This document shows positions 43,122-51,462 of a stretch of 64,000 nucleotides of DNA, one piece after another; within the stretch, counting starts at the first letter, position 1, and the number at the start of each line of letters is the position of its first letter. Under the pieces are notes generated by a model. That model did not search any database. It was given only the letters and a program-made list of their open reading frames with translations, and was not told the origin of the DNA. Source of the DNA: Thermodesulfobacteriota bacterium (lineage in GTDB: Bacteria > Desulfobacterota_D > UBA1144 > Nemesobacterales > UBA2774); the NCBI GenBank assembly GCA_965216785.1, contig OZ244197.1, positions 1,568,001-1,632,000 on the forward strand, in the 5' to 3' direction. The translations under genes were made by a program, and so were the position numbers.

Positions 43122-44147
43122 TCAACCGCCGTAAATTACTGCTTCGGGGATTTCATAACGCTCGTTTCCGGCATTTATCATATACAAGTCAGATTCTTTT
43201 TTAGATTCAAAATCCATGTTGCCGTCTGCTTGAGAAAGATCAGCGCTTACAGCGTTTCCGTTCTCAAAGAAAATAGCCCGCTTTCTTCCATCCGGTAGTG
43301 TGACTGTTACTGTTGCTGTTCCATTACCTTCTCTTGTCACACCGAATGGACACTGACCCATCGGCTGTCCTTTGGACTGTGCACAGGGGATATCTCCTGT
43401 GGCATCATATATATCCTGCCCGGCAAGCTCAGCACTCTGAGCCTCTGATGCCGAGTCAGGCGCGGAGAATGTAAGTTTCCATTTACCCCATTTAAATACT
43501 TCGTTATCTCCCTTGTCTATCATAGAAGCAATATTTTTAGACATACCCTCAGGTGTTTCCACTTGATAGCCATTGCTTTGTTCCATAAAGCTATAGGTCT
43601 GCCCGTTGCTAAAATTTATCACGTACTTATTGGTGTTTTGTGAAGCATGCTGTTCTATTTTACAGGTGCCTTTGTATTTATTGTTGTCGCTCTTTTTGTT
43701 ATACAAAGTGCATTGCCCGTCAACCGATGTTACAACAGGCTCAAACTCGGCAGTTTCACTATTCTTACAGTCAAATTCGGGTGCGTAAACAATCGACTGA
43801 TACCTGCCGTCTGCTGTACGGATCGTAACGCATTTTCCTGTGCTGTTTTCTGTCCAATAACTATAGGAGCTGTCACCGGACTTATCGGTTTTTACGTAAG
43901 TGTAGCCCCTCTGCTTAAGTCCCATCTCAGCCTGACCAGCTTTTGCTCCAACAAGGTCAGATAACCCTTCGACCGGGTCCTGGGCATATACAGGCTGTAC
44001 AGTTTGTGAAATAACGATTAAGAAAACGATAATGAAAAGACTAGATAAAAGGTAGCGCATAGCATTCCCTCCTGAACATTTTATTTTTGACCAACCCGCC
44101 ATAAACAATTGAATAATTATTCTGATTAAAGTTGTAGTATCAAGCAT
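43122..44147 (-). CDS. Exported hypothetical protein (likely start MRYLL at ~44060)
   Basis: Signal peptide; C-terminal CPFGVTREG..ERYEIPEAVIYGG domain. Confidence 0.7.
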   Translation of the reverse strand: MLDTTTLIRIIIQLFMAGWSKIKCSGGNAMRYLLSSLFIIVFLIVISQTVQPVYAQDPVEGLSDLVGAKAGQAEMGLKQRGYTYVKTDKSGDSSYSYWTENSTGKCVTIRTADGRYQSIVYAPEFDCKNSETAEFEPVVTSVDGQCTLYNKKSDNNKYKGTCKIEQHASQNTNKYVINFSNGQTYSFMEQSNGYQVETPEGMSKNIASMIDKGDNEVFKWGKWKLTFSAPDSASEAQSAELAGQDIYDATGDIPCAQSKGQPMGQCPFGVTREGNGTATVTVTLPDGRKRAIFFENGNAVSADLSQADGNMDFESKKESDLYMINAGNERYEIPEAVIYGG

Positions 44148-44231
44148 TATTTTGACTATGGCAGAGGTATATCAGACTTCGAAATTTGATAGTCATCTTG
44201 ACCCTGGAATCAAACTTGATATTATGGGTGG

Positions 44232-44248
44232 TATTGTGTACATAACGT
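44232..44248 (+). repeat. Res-like repeated motif, copy E
   Basis: TATTGTGTACATAACGT; near-inverted TTATGCACAA at ~44282. Confidence 0.75.
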
Positions 44249-44311
44249 GAGCGTGTTGAGGGCTTAATCCGGGTGCTGTAATTATGCACAATTATTGAGT
44301 TTTCTGGCAAT

Positions 44312-44333
44312 AAAAAAGGGAGCCGAAGCTCCC
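44312..44333 (-). terminator. UUCG hairpin terminator
   Basis: GGGAGCTTCGGCTCCCTTTTTT on the minus strand. Confidence 0.8.
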
Positions 44334-44373
44334 ATTTGCGTTTTCAATGAGTACTGTATAGGTTAGTTTCCGA

Positions 44374-44490
44374 TTAAGCTGTAACTTTCTGCTGTGGATA
44401 ACTATTAAACCTATAATTCTTAATACTCCTACCATGGCTAACAGTCTCCTTTCGATAAGGGTTGGGATGGGTGTAACAAAATCAGCTCCT
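44374..44490 (-). pseudogene. Orphan, decayed IPTL-CTERM tail
   Basis: Reads TPIPTLIERRLLAMVGVLRIIGLIVIHSRK, followed by the standard terminator, with no intact passenger domain. Confidence 0.75.
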
Positions 44491-44619
44491 TTTATTACAG
44501 CTATAATCACTGAATCATTGGCAGCTGGCTCTGTACACAACTTACAAAGTCCTTGAGCATCCTCCTTACTAAGAATATAGGACATAAAATATATATGTAA
44601 TCCTGCTATAATATACCTT

Positions 44620-44652
44620 TCAGAGCTCATACAGGCCCGTAGAGACGATTTT
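44620..44652. repeat. 33-bp exact direct repeat (copy 2)
   Basis: Identical to 37130-37162. Confidence 0.93.
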
Positions 44653-45239
44653 TTTAGGTGCCCCTGAGCTTACCCCGGTTATTTGATTTAAAGAGCCTCT
44701 GTAACTAGGCTCTTAATATTTTACCGCTTCCCTCTTGCTAAGCATGTCTTCTGCGTTTATATGTTTTCTGAATAATAAAAAGAAGGGATATAAAATTCCT
44801 TTATTATGTCTACAATGTAAGCTTGTCCGGCTCTTAATTGGATTACCGTGATGATTAACATATGAGATGAGGGAATTTCTCGATATTGTCTTATAGTTTC
44901 AGACGTTCTGTTTCCTAGTTCATATTTAGCAACCTCTGTAATGTTAAGTATAATCAAGATCCTTTCATACGGTATAGAAAATGTCACCTCGTCACAACAT
45001 ATTCAGACTCTCTTATATAAAAATAATTTTAATGGAAGAACAATCTGCTTTGGATTGTAATGAGTATGCTGCTAGGTGGCTCAACAGCTAAACATCTGGA
45101 TCCGTATTCCCAGTCCTATTTACTTTTATAAGATTTCAATTATTATGACTCTCAACATTAAAAACAAATGTTCACATTTAGTGGTCTTGCATGGGAAGGA
45201 TTCGCAGTGATGGACAAAAATTAAAAGAGAAGCCGTAAT

Positions 45240-46175
45240 ATGCGTCATTTTAATAATATTCTTTATGTCGGGCATGGTACCTCAGATGAAACCGAAGGCC
45301 TCAAGCAGGCGCTGAGTCTGGCCCGTAATAATCAAGCCCCGCTGAAAGTTCTTATCGTGTGCCCGGATTTCCCCACAGATATGCCTGATTATAAAATGAA
45401 GTACGAAGAATCGCTTCTGGAGCAGGCAAACGCCTCCATCCACTCTACCAAAAAGGCGATAAAAATTGCCGAAGAAGACGTAGAGCTTTCTGTAGAGCTG
45501 GAAAGCGATAAAAATCCCTCTATACGCATTATTCAGCATGTGTTGCGTAACAGTCACGATCTGGTTATTAAAGAAGCCGAACCCCTTGAGGATGGTGGTT
45601 TTAAGGCTATCGACATGAGCCTGCTACGCAAATGCCCGTGCCCGGTGTGGCTGTGCCGAGCTATCAAACAAACCCGACAGCAAATCCATGTGGCGGTGGC
45701 CATTGATCCTGCGAGTAAGGAACCGGCAGTGCAAGCACTCTCAAAGAGAATGCTGGAGCTCTCTAGTTCACTCGCAGATAGTTGCAGCGGGGAATTGAGC
45801 ATTATTTCCTGTTGGGACTATGAATTCGAGAATTATTTGCGTGGCAGTATGTGGATAAAAATGTATGATCAGCAAATTACAGAAATTGTTATACAGGCAC
45901 AGAATAATCACAAGGCCGTTCTGGAAGCCTTGATCAAGGAATCAAGGATTTCAGGCATATACCATATACATCATCTTAGGGGCCGGGCTGAAGAATTGAT
46001 CCCATCATTTACGGAGAATAAGAAGGTCGATATCCTTGTAATGGGCACGGTGGCGCGTACCGGAATAAAGGGATTGTTGATTGGAAACACGGCGGAAAAT
46101 ATCGTACAGAAACTTTCCTGCTCGCTGATTGCGTTGAAGCCAAGCGGTTTTATCTCCCCGGTAAAGGCGTATTAG
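45240..46175 (+). CDS. Universal stress protein (tandem USP, UspE-like)
   Basis: HDLVIK, LLRKCPCPVW, VMGTVARTG..GLLIGNTAE motifs. Confidence 0.93.
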   Translation: MRHFNNILYVGHGTSDETEGLKQALSLARNNQAPLKVLIVCPDFPTDMPDYKMKYEESLLEQANASIHSTKKAIKIAEEDVELSVELESDKNPSIRIIQHVLRNSHDLVIKEAEPLEDGGFKAIDMSLLRKCPCPVWLCRAIKQTRQQIHVAVAIDPASKEPAVQALSKRMLELSSSLADSCSGELSIISCWDYEFENYLRGSMWIKMYDQQITEIVIQAQNNHKAVLEALIKESRISGIYHIHHLRGRAEELIPSFTENKKVDILVMGTVARTGIKGLLIGNTAENIVQKLSCSLIALKPSGFISPVKAY

Positions 46176-46383
46176 CACAAGGGAAGGTCTGAATGCAAGA
46201 GATGGAACCAGATCGTGTAGCGCAAAGCTGGCATAGCGAAACAGCGGATCATAGTTTGACAAGCCCCAGAAAACATGTCCACCTTTTAAATTATTAATAT
46301 TCATATAATCCTCTCTAATAAGTTGAGGCAAATCCATGCTACTCACCTTTTTTATAAGTCGTTTATGCATTTTAACACTAGAA

Positions 46384-46575
46384 AAGAACGGGTATTAGTC
46401 CCGTTATTGTGATTACAATGTAAGTGTGATTGGATCTAGCTTAAGGTACTGTGTTTGTTGGTTGTTTTGATGCACTTCTGCGCTTATATGTGTTCACAAT
46501 TGTAGTAAAGAAGGGGTATAAATGAGTGGTATTGTGAACATAACGTAAGTGTGATTGGCTCTAGCTTAAGTTGCT
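46384..46575 (+). repeat. Two tandem copies (125-bp period) of the res-like motif (D, C)
   Basis: TATTGTGA..A.AA.GTAAGTGTGATTGG.TCTAGCTTAAG at 46405 and 46530; inverted TGTTCACAAT/ATTGTGAACA at 46491/46531. Confidence 0.8.
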
Positions 46576-46607
46576 GATATGACTGACTATTATAAGGGTG
46601 CTACTGT

Positions 46608-46696
46608 TGTACTGCTCCCCTTTCGTCAAGATAGATTTAAGTTAAGATTATCAATAAAAGAACTACAATAAAAAAGGGAACCGAAGCTCCCTTTTT
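46608..46696. repeat. 3'-end module: IS3-like end + terminator (copy 2)
   Basis: TGTACTGCTCCCCTTTCGTCAAG...AAAAAAGGGAACCGAAGCTCCC. Confidence 0.78.
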
Positions 46697-46722
46697 GTGT
46701 ATTCATTTGGTTCTGTATGAGA

Positions 46723-47451
46723 TTAAATTGTAACCCTTCTTCCATGGATAGCCAATAAACCTATTATCCCTAGTACTAACGCCACGGCTATAAGACCCCA
46801 TTCGGATAGGGTAGGGATAGGTCTAGCAGACCCACATGTACCGAATGAGAGCTCATATAGCAGTTCAAGTTGCGGTTGTCCTGATTCTCCGAGTTCGATG
46901 CGTGTTATTGGACCGCCAACTGATAATACACCCAAAAACGTACCGTTAACAGGTGTCACATTCACGGTGGTTGAGCCTAGAAAGATGTTTCCTGCACCAC
47001 CACCGAATACCTGCACTTCTACGGTCGAATTAACGTCAGAAGAAACAATCACCATTCCAAAAGTGTTTACAACTTCAGTAAATGTAATCACCGTCTTATC
47101 TGTGCCGACAGAAGCCCCTACGGCAACATTTGTTAATCCACTAAAGGGTGGTGTTAACACCAGTATAGGATTACCAGGATCGGTAGATCCACTGAGTGAA
47201 AACCCGGGAATAAGGGCTCCCGGTGAGTAACAGATATTATTTGTAAAGCTGTTAAAAGGACCTGGGCAAGATTCGACATCGTTAGGCGGGACGTTGGTGT
47301 TTTCGAAGCCTTCAACTGCGAGATTATCGCAAGTATTATTAAATAACCCCTCGTCATCAAAGAATTGCAGAGCCTGCGCACTGGCCATTGTAGACGTAAC
47401 TAGAATTAAAGCTATAAATAGCACTAATGTTTTTAATATTGTCTTATACAT
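46723..47451 (-). CDS. Secreted protein with IPTL-CTERM
   Basis: Signal peptide; IPTLSEWGL-TM-RR; RBS AGGAGG. Confidence 0.88.
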   Translation of the reverse strand: MYKTILKTLVLFIALILVTSTMASAQALQFFDDEGLFNNTCDNLAVEGFENTNVPPNDVESCPGPFNSFTNNICYSPGALIPGFSLSGSTDPGNPILVLTPPFSGLTNVAVGASVGTDKTVITFTEVVNTFGMVIVSSDVNSTVEVQVFGGGAGNIFLGSTTVNVTPVNGTFLGVLSVGGPITRIELGESGQPQLELLYELSFGTCGSARPIPTLSEWGLIAVALVLGIIGLLAIHGRRVTI

Positions 47452-47565
47452 TAAAAGTTCCTCCTTTAAACAATCACGCTTGACGATTATATAATAATTG
47501 CAAAGAATTGTATAGCTAGTCTGTTAAACCCACGAAAATCAGTCCATCTTAGAAAGTTATAAATT

Positions 47566-47650
47566 TGTACTGTACCCCTATGTCAAGACAGGTTTTAGTT
47601 GAATTTAATACCGAAGAACTAAACTAAAAAGGGAGCCGAAGCTCCCCTTT
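47566..47650. repeat. 3'-end module: IS3-like end + terminator (copy 3)
   Basis: TGTACTGTACCCCTATGTCAAGACAGG...AAAAAGGGAGCCGAAGCTCCC. Confidence 0.78.
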
Positions 47651-47673
47651 GTTCTGTTTCCGATAGTCTCTGA

Positions 47674-49035
47674 TTAAGCTGTTGCGTACTTTTTCCTGAT
47701 TGCTATAAATCCTACGAGTCCTAATAAACCAGCCATTACTATGAGACCCCATTCTGATAGGGTTGGTATGGGAAGTGGTCCAGTGTCGCGGCATACTGCC
47801 AAGAATATTTGCTCTCTTGCATCAGGGTTCCCGCCGTTGATGTTCGCCTGTGACTCAAAGGCGATACGCGTGCCGTCTCCGTTTATTGAAGCGTCTTCGC
47901 TCTCTGTATTTCCCGGTCCTGATTCATTGGTTACACGGGTGAAAGTTCCCGAGCTAATATCAAAAACGTATACTTCCTCATCATTATCAGGATTAGGGCC
48001 GATAATATTTGCAGTTGACTCAAAGGCGATGCGTGCGCCGTTTGCGCTTAATGAAGGGTCACGGCTATTACCCGATGTCGTATTTGTTATCTGTGTGATT
48101 GTACCTGTAGTTACATTGGCAAGGTATATTTCTTGATTACCTTCCGGATTGCCCCCGTTGATGTTACCGCGCGACGAGAACGCTATAAGCGTGCCGTCAG
48201 CGTTAATTGAAGGTTGAAATGAGTCGCCATCCGATTGAAAAGTTATTTGAGTAAATGTGCCTGTTGTTGTATCGAAGAGGTATATCTGTGATATATTGAG
48301 CGGGTTACCTCCATTGATATTTGCTTCAGACCTAAAGGCTATACGCGTTCCATCCGCGTTTACAGAAGGGGTTCTATTTGAAAAACCGCCAATTGTGTCG
48401 GTTATCTGGGTGAATGTACCTGTCGTTACGTTGAAAAGGAATATCTCCATGTTTCCGTCAGGATTAGCGCCTGTTATGTCTGCCTCGGACCCAAAAGCTA
48501 TAATTGTCCCGGATGCATTAGCTGAAGGTGACGCAACACCATCATTCGGGTCTGTAATATTTGTAATTTGAGTAATTACCCCGGTCGTATTATTGACAAG
48601 GAATATCTGATCTATATTTTGAGGGTTATTCCCGGTGAGGTTAGAATCTGATCTAAATACAGTAACTGTGCCATCCCCGCTTATACAAGGACTGTCGCTG
48701 TTAACTGATCCGTCAGTCAACTGGGTTATAGCACCTGTAATAGCATTGACAAGGAATATCTGCCGGATGTTGTTAGGGTTATCGCCCGTAAAATTTGCCG
48801 ATGAAATAAAGACAACGCTAATCCCGGCGTCGTCAATAGAAGCATCGTCACTATTCTGAAAATCATCAGTTAGTTGCTGTATAGCACGCTCAGGGCAGAC
48901 GAGGGGTTGTGCCATTGCGGAATTAGTTGTAATTAGAAACGATGCAATTAGAAACAGCAGTAATATGAAAAGGTTAATAACTTTTTTGGAGTGCGGATAT
49001 TCTTCGTTTGCTTCAATTATTCTTATAGATTTCAT
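47674..49035 (-). CDS. PD40/TolB-like beta-propeller protein with IPTL-CTERM
   Basis: PSINADGT.IAF repeats; IPTLSEWGL-TM-RKK. Confidence 0.9.
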   Translation of the reverse strand: MKSIRIIEANEEYPHSKKVINLFILLLFLIASFLITTNSAMAQPLVCPERAIQQLTDDFQNSDDASIDDAGISVVFISSANFTGDNPNNIRQIFLVNAITGAITQLTDGSVNSDSPCISGDGTVTVFRSDSNLTGNNPQNIDQIFLVNNTTGVITQITNITDPNDGVASPSANASGTIIAFGSEADITGANPDGNMEIFLFNVTTGTFTQITDTIGGFSNRTPSVNADGTRIAFRSEANINGGNPLNISQIYLFDTTTGTFTQITFQSDGDSFQPSINADGTLIAFSSRGNINGGNPEGNQEIYLANVTTGTITQITNTTSGNSRDPSLSANGARIAFESTANIIGPNPDNDEEVYVFDISSGTFTRVTNESGPGNTESEDASINGDGTRIAFESQANINGGNPDAREQIFLAVCRDTGPLPIPTLSEWGLIVMAGLLGLVGFIAIRKKYATA

Positions 49036-49171
49036 CTTCTATGTCCTCCTCTGGAAAAAGACTCTGAACAGTATCTTACAATAAATCAGAAGAAATTAAT
49101 AGGTTTTCGCAGCACTGCTATATAGTAGTAATTAAAGAGCTTAATTCTGCATCGATGCTGTATCGTAATAT

Positions 49172-49375
49172 TTATTTCGCATGGGTGGCCTTAAAAATTT
49201 CAAACCCATCTGGATAGAAACGTATCCTGTCCTCATCAGCTAACTTTTCATAAAGACACTCTGCCTTCTTAAACTGGCCCCGCATAATACATAAATTAAT
49301 AGCATCCGCAATTGTATACGGCTCCTTGATTTCGGCTAGATACTCTTCACGGTCTTTAAACGCACCTGAGAACAA
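49172..49375 (-). CDS. Small hypothetical protein (possibly 5'-frameshifted; ATG at ~49449)
   Basis: Short ORF divergent from the RHH/integrase operon. Confidence 0.4.
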   Translation of the reverse strand: MFSGAFKDREEYLAEIKEPYTIADAINLCIMRGQFKKAECLYEKLADEDRIRFYPDGFEIFKATHAK

Positions 49376-49507
49376 TTGTTCAAATTCTTCGTCTGTTATA
49401 TCTAAGTCAATAATTGTCCTTATTGTATTAGCCTCTCTTGTTTAGACATTAACTATAAAGGAAAAGTATAGCTGGTCTTAACAAAAGTAAATCGCTTTTT
49501 TAGTTGC

Positions 49508-49536
49508 TTGACTTTGACTTGATATGACTATATAAT
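49508..49536 (+). promoter_or_regulatory. sigma70 promoter for the RHH-integrase operon
   Basis: TTGACT-17bp-TATAAT, overlapped by TGACT repeats. Confidence 0.75.
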
Positions 49537-49546
49537 ATATATTCAC

Positions 49547-49741
49547 ATGACTAAAAGATTCAGACCCAATTTGATACACATATATCTCCATCCTGATGAG
49601 GACAAGTTCCTCAAGAACTACGCCGAGAAGAACTACATGACAGCTTCTGAGCTTATCAGAGGCTGGATTCACGAAGTTATGAAAATAGAAGGGGTCGAGA
49701 TTACAGAACCAAGAAATCCTGAAAGGAAAAAGGGGAGGTGA
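49547..49741 (+). CDS. Ribbon-helix-helix-like regulator
   Basis: IHIYL beta strand + EDKFLKNYAEK + TASELIR; overlaps integrase start. Confidence 0.72.
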   Translation: MTKRFRPNLIHIYLHPDEDKFLKNYAEKNYMTASELIRGWIHEVMKIEGVEITEPRNPERKKGR

Positions 49742-50838
49742 GTATTATGGCGGTTTTTAAAAGAAAGGTTAAGGATAAAGACGGCAAAGTCACAGAATAC
49801 TGGTATTACGAACTACCACTACCAGGTGGAAGGAAGCTAAAAAAGAGTGTGGGTAAGGTGGGCAGAGCGACTAAAGCTATGGCTCGTCAGGAAGAAGATC
49901 AGAAATGGAAAGAGATTAAGAACGGGCAGTTAGGCAATGTAGAAATACCGACATTGAATGATTTCAAAGACGAATATTTAAACTACAAGAGGGAAGTTAG
50001 TAAAAAGAGGTCATGGAAACGGGATGAAGAACTGTTAAGGCCGCTTTGTAAGCTCTTTGGTACTAAAAAATTGTCTGAGATTACTATACAGGATCTTGAA
50101 GAGTTTAAGCAGATAAGGCTTAAGGAAGTAAGCTCAGCAACGGTTAACCGTTCACTGTCTGTACTGAGGCATCTCTTAAATCTGGCTAAGAGATGGGGGA
50201 AGTTCTACGGTGATAATCCAGTATCGATTGTCGGCTTGCTTGAAGAGCACAATAAGATAGAACGGGTTCTAACGCCAGAGGAAGAAAGAAGGCTGCTCAG
50301 TCAGGCTATTAACTACCTGAGACCTATATTATTCACTGCCCTTAATACAGGTATGAGAAGGGGCGAGATATTAAACTTAAAGTGGTCAGAAGTTGATTTG
50401 GAAGTAAACCTCATTACGGTTAATCAGACTAACTCGAAGAGTAAGAAAGAGAGAAGAGTGCCGATTAACTCACCAATGAGAACCATGCTGCTAGAATTAA
50501 AGCTTAAGTCGACGAACTCAGAATTTGTTTTCACAGATAATCAGGGCAATCCCATAAAGACAATAAGAACAGCTTTTGCTGCCGCGTGTAGGCGAGCAGG
50601 AATACCAGAGCTCAGGTTTCATGATTTAAGGCACACAGCGGGCACGAGAATGGTTGAGGCCGGGGCTAATATCGTAGCTATTAGCAAGATTCTCGGCCAT
50701 AGTGACATAAAGACAACTATGAGGTATGCTCACCCAGAAGAATCACTCAGAGAGGCTCTTGAATCATTGGCTAAATTCGGGGAAACTACTACCAATATCG
50801 CTACCAATGATATTGCCCATAACTCAGAAGTGACGTAA
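49738..50838 (+). CDS. int: Tyrosine recombinase/phage integrase
   Basis: TGMRRGE, K, FHDLRHT, LGHSD, TMRY catalytic motifs; next to tRNA att. Confidence 0.97.
   Translation: MSIMAVFKRKVKDKDGKVTEYWYYELPLPGGRKLKKSVGKVGRATKAMARQEEDQKWKEIKNGQLGNVEIPTLNDFKDEYLNYKREVSKKRSWKRDEELLRPLCKLFGTKKLSEITIQDLEEFKQIRLKEVSSATVNRSLSVLRHLLNLAKRWGKFYGDNPVSIVGLLEEHNKIERVLTPEEERRLLSQAINYLRPILFTALNTGMRRGEILNLKWSEVDLEVNLITVNQTNSKSKKERRVPINSPMRTMLLELKLKSTNSEFVFTDNQGNPIKTIRTAFAAACRRAGIPELRFHDLRHTAGTRMVEAGANIVAISKILGHSDIKTTMRYAHPEESLREALESLAKFGETTTNIATNDIAHNSEVT
50785..50807 (+). promoter_or_regulatory. Putative arm-type sites inside the int 3' end
   Basis: ACTACTACCAA-T-ATCGCTACCAA, matches 31163-31185. Confidence 0.72.
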
Positions 50839-50858
50839 CCTACTGTAATTATTACCAC

Positions 50859-50944
50859 GGAGGGCTGGCAGAACGGCTAATGCACCGGTCTTGAAAACCG
50901 GCGTCCTTACGGACTTGGGGGTTCGAATCCCTCGCCCTCCGCCA
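50859..50944 (+). tRNA. tRNA-Ser(TGA), intact, contains attR
   Basis: GGAGGGC/GCCCTCC acceptor, CCGGT-CTTGAAA-ACCGG anticodon arm, long variable arm, GTTCGAATC, encoded CCA. Confidence 0.98.
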
Positions 50945-51053
50945 CTGATAATCCATTTTTACAGATTCGGATAAAGAGCGGTACTAGTGCATATAGCTAA
51001 GAGCCGCAGGTTTATTTTATAACTTATAACTTCGCTATACGCTTGAGCTAACT

Positions 51054-51428
51054 TTAATTCGGCGGGAAACACATGCAGCTATTCACATTTGCCTTGCATG
51101 TCCAGCCGTCTTTGCAAGCTCCCATGCCGCAATAATCCGGTTTTAAGTCAGAGCATTTGCCCTGGGCGAACACGCCGGAAGCTTCGTCAAACTCTGAGGC
51201 GAGTGTGTCCATTGTAACTGTCGATAGCTCGGTCGTATCGAATAGCCCGGCTGCTTTTTCACCGCACACGAACGCATTGTCCGCGCTGCCGGGAGCAGGA
51301 AAAGATACTAATATCAAAAGTGTAACAAGAAGTACGGCTAATGTGCCTGTTATCCTGTATTTGTCCATCATAATCTCTCCATAGCGTTTTCTTGAAACGA
51401 TAATAGGATAATCTGTGAGGGCTGTCAA
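51054..51428 (-). CDS. Small secreted Cys-rich protein (likely start MMDKY)
   Basis: Signal peptide; C-terminal 6-Cys cluster. Confidence 0.6.
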   Translation of the reverse strand: MTALTDYPIIVSRKRYGEIMMDKYRITGTLAVLLVTLLILVSFPAPGSADNAFVCGEKAAGLFDTTELSTVTMDTLASEFDEASGVFAQGKCSDLKPDYCGMGACKDGWTCKANVNSCMCFPPN

Positions 51429-51462
51429 TTGGTTTTTAGTCGATTATTTCTGGCTCTAACGG

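Larger units (their letters stand above)
30983..50899. mobile_element. ~19.9 kb integrative, satellite-like element in tRNA-Ser(TGA)
   Basis: 43-bp att repeats, tyrosine integrase at right end, Xis-like and primase genes, visibly AT-richer than the backbone; no capsid, tail or conjugation genes seen. Confidence 0.95.

Noticed and set aside
44292-44987. ORFs 44292-44630 and 44757-44987 as real genes
   Set aside because: They run through non-coding repeats and a terminator; only the IPTL-tail remnant is meaningful
41692-46546. Canonical XerC/D dif or integron attC sites
   Set aside because: A TTATGT half resembles the XerD arm but no XerC arm lies at 6-bp spacing; no RYYYAAC/GTTRRRY attC palindrome is evident and Int shows no obvious IntI insertion
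37284-49035. Diversity-generating retroelement acting on the lectin or propeller genes
   Set aside because: No reverse transcriptase and no template/variable repeat pair differing only at adenines
30983-50899. Complete prophage or ICE
   Set aside because: No capsid, portal, tail, lysis, relaxase or T4SS genes recognised
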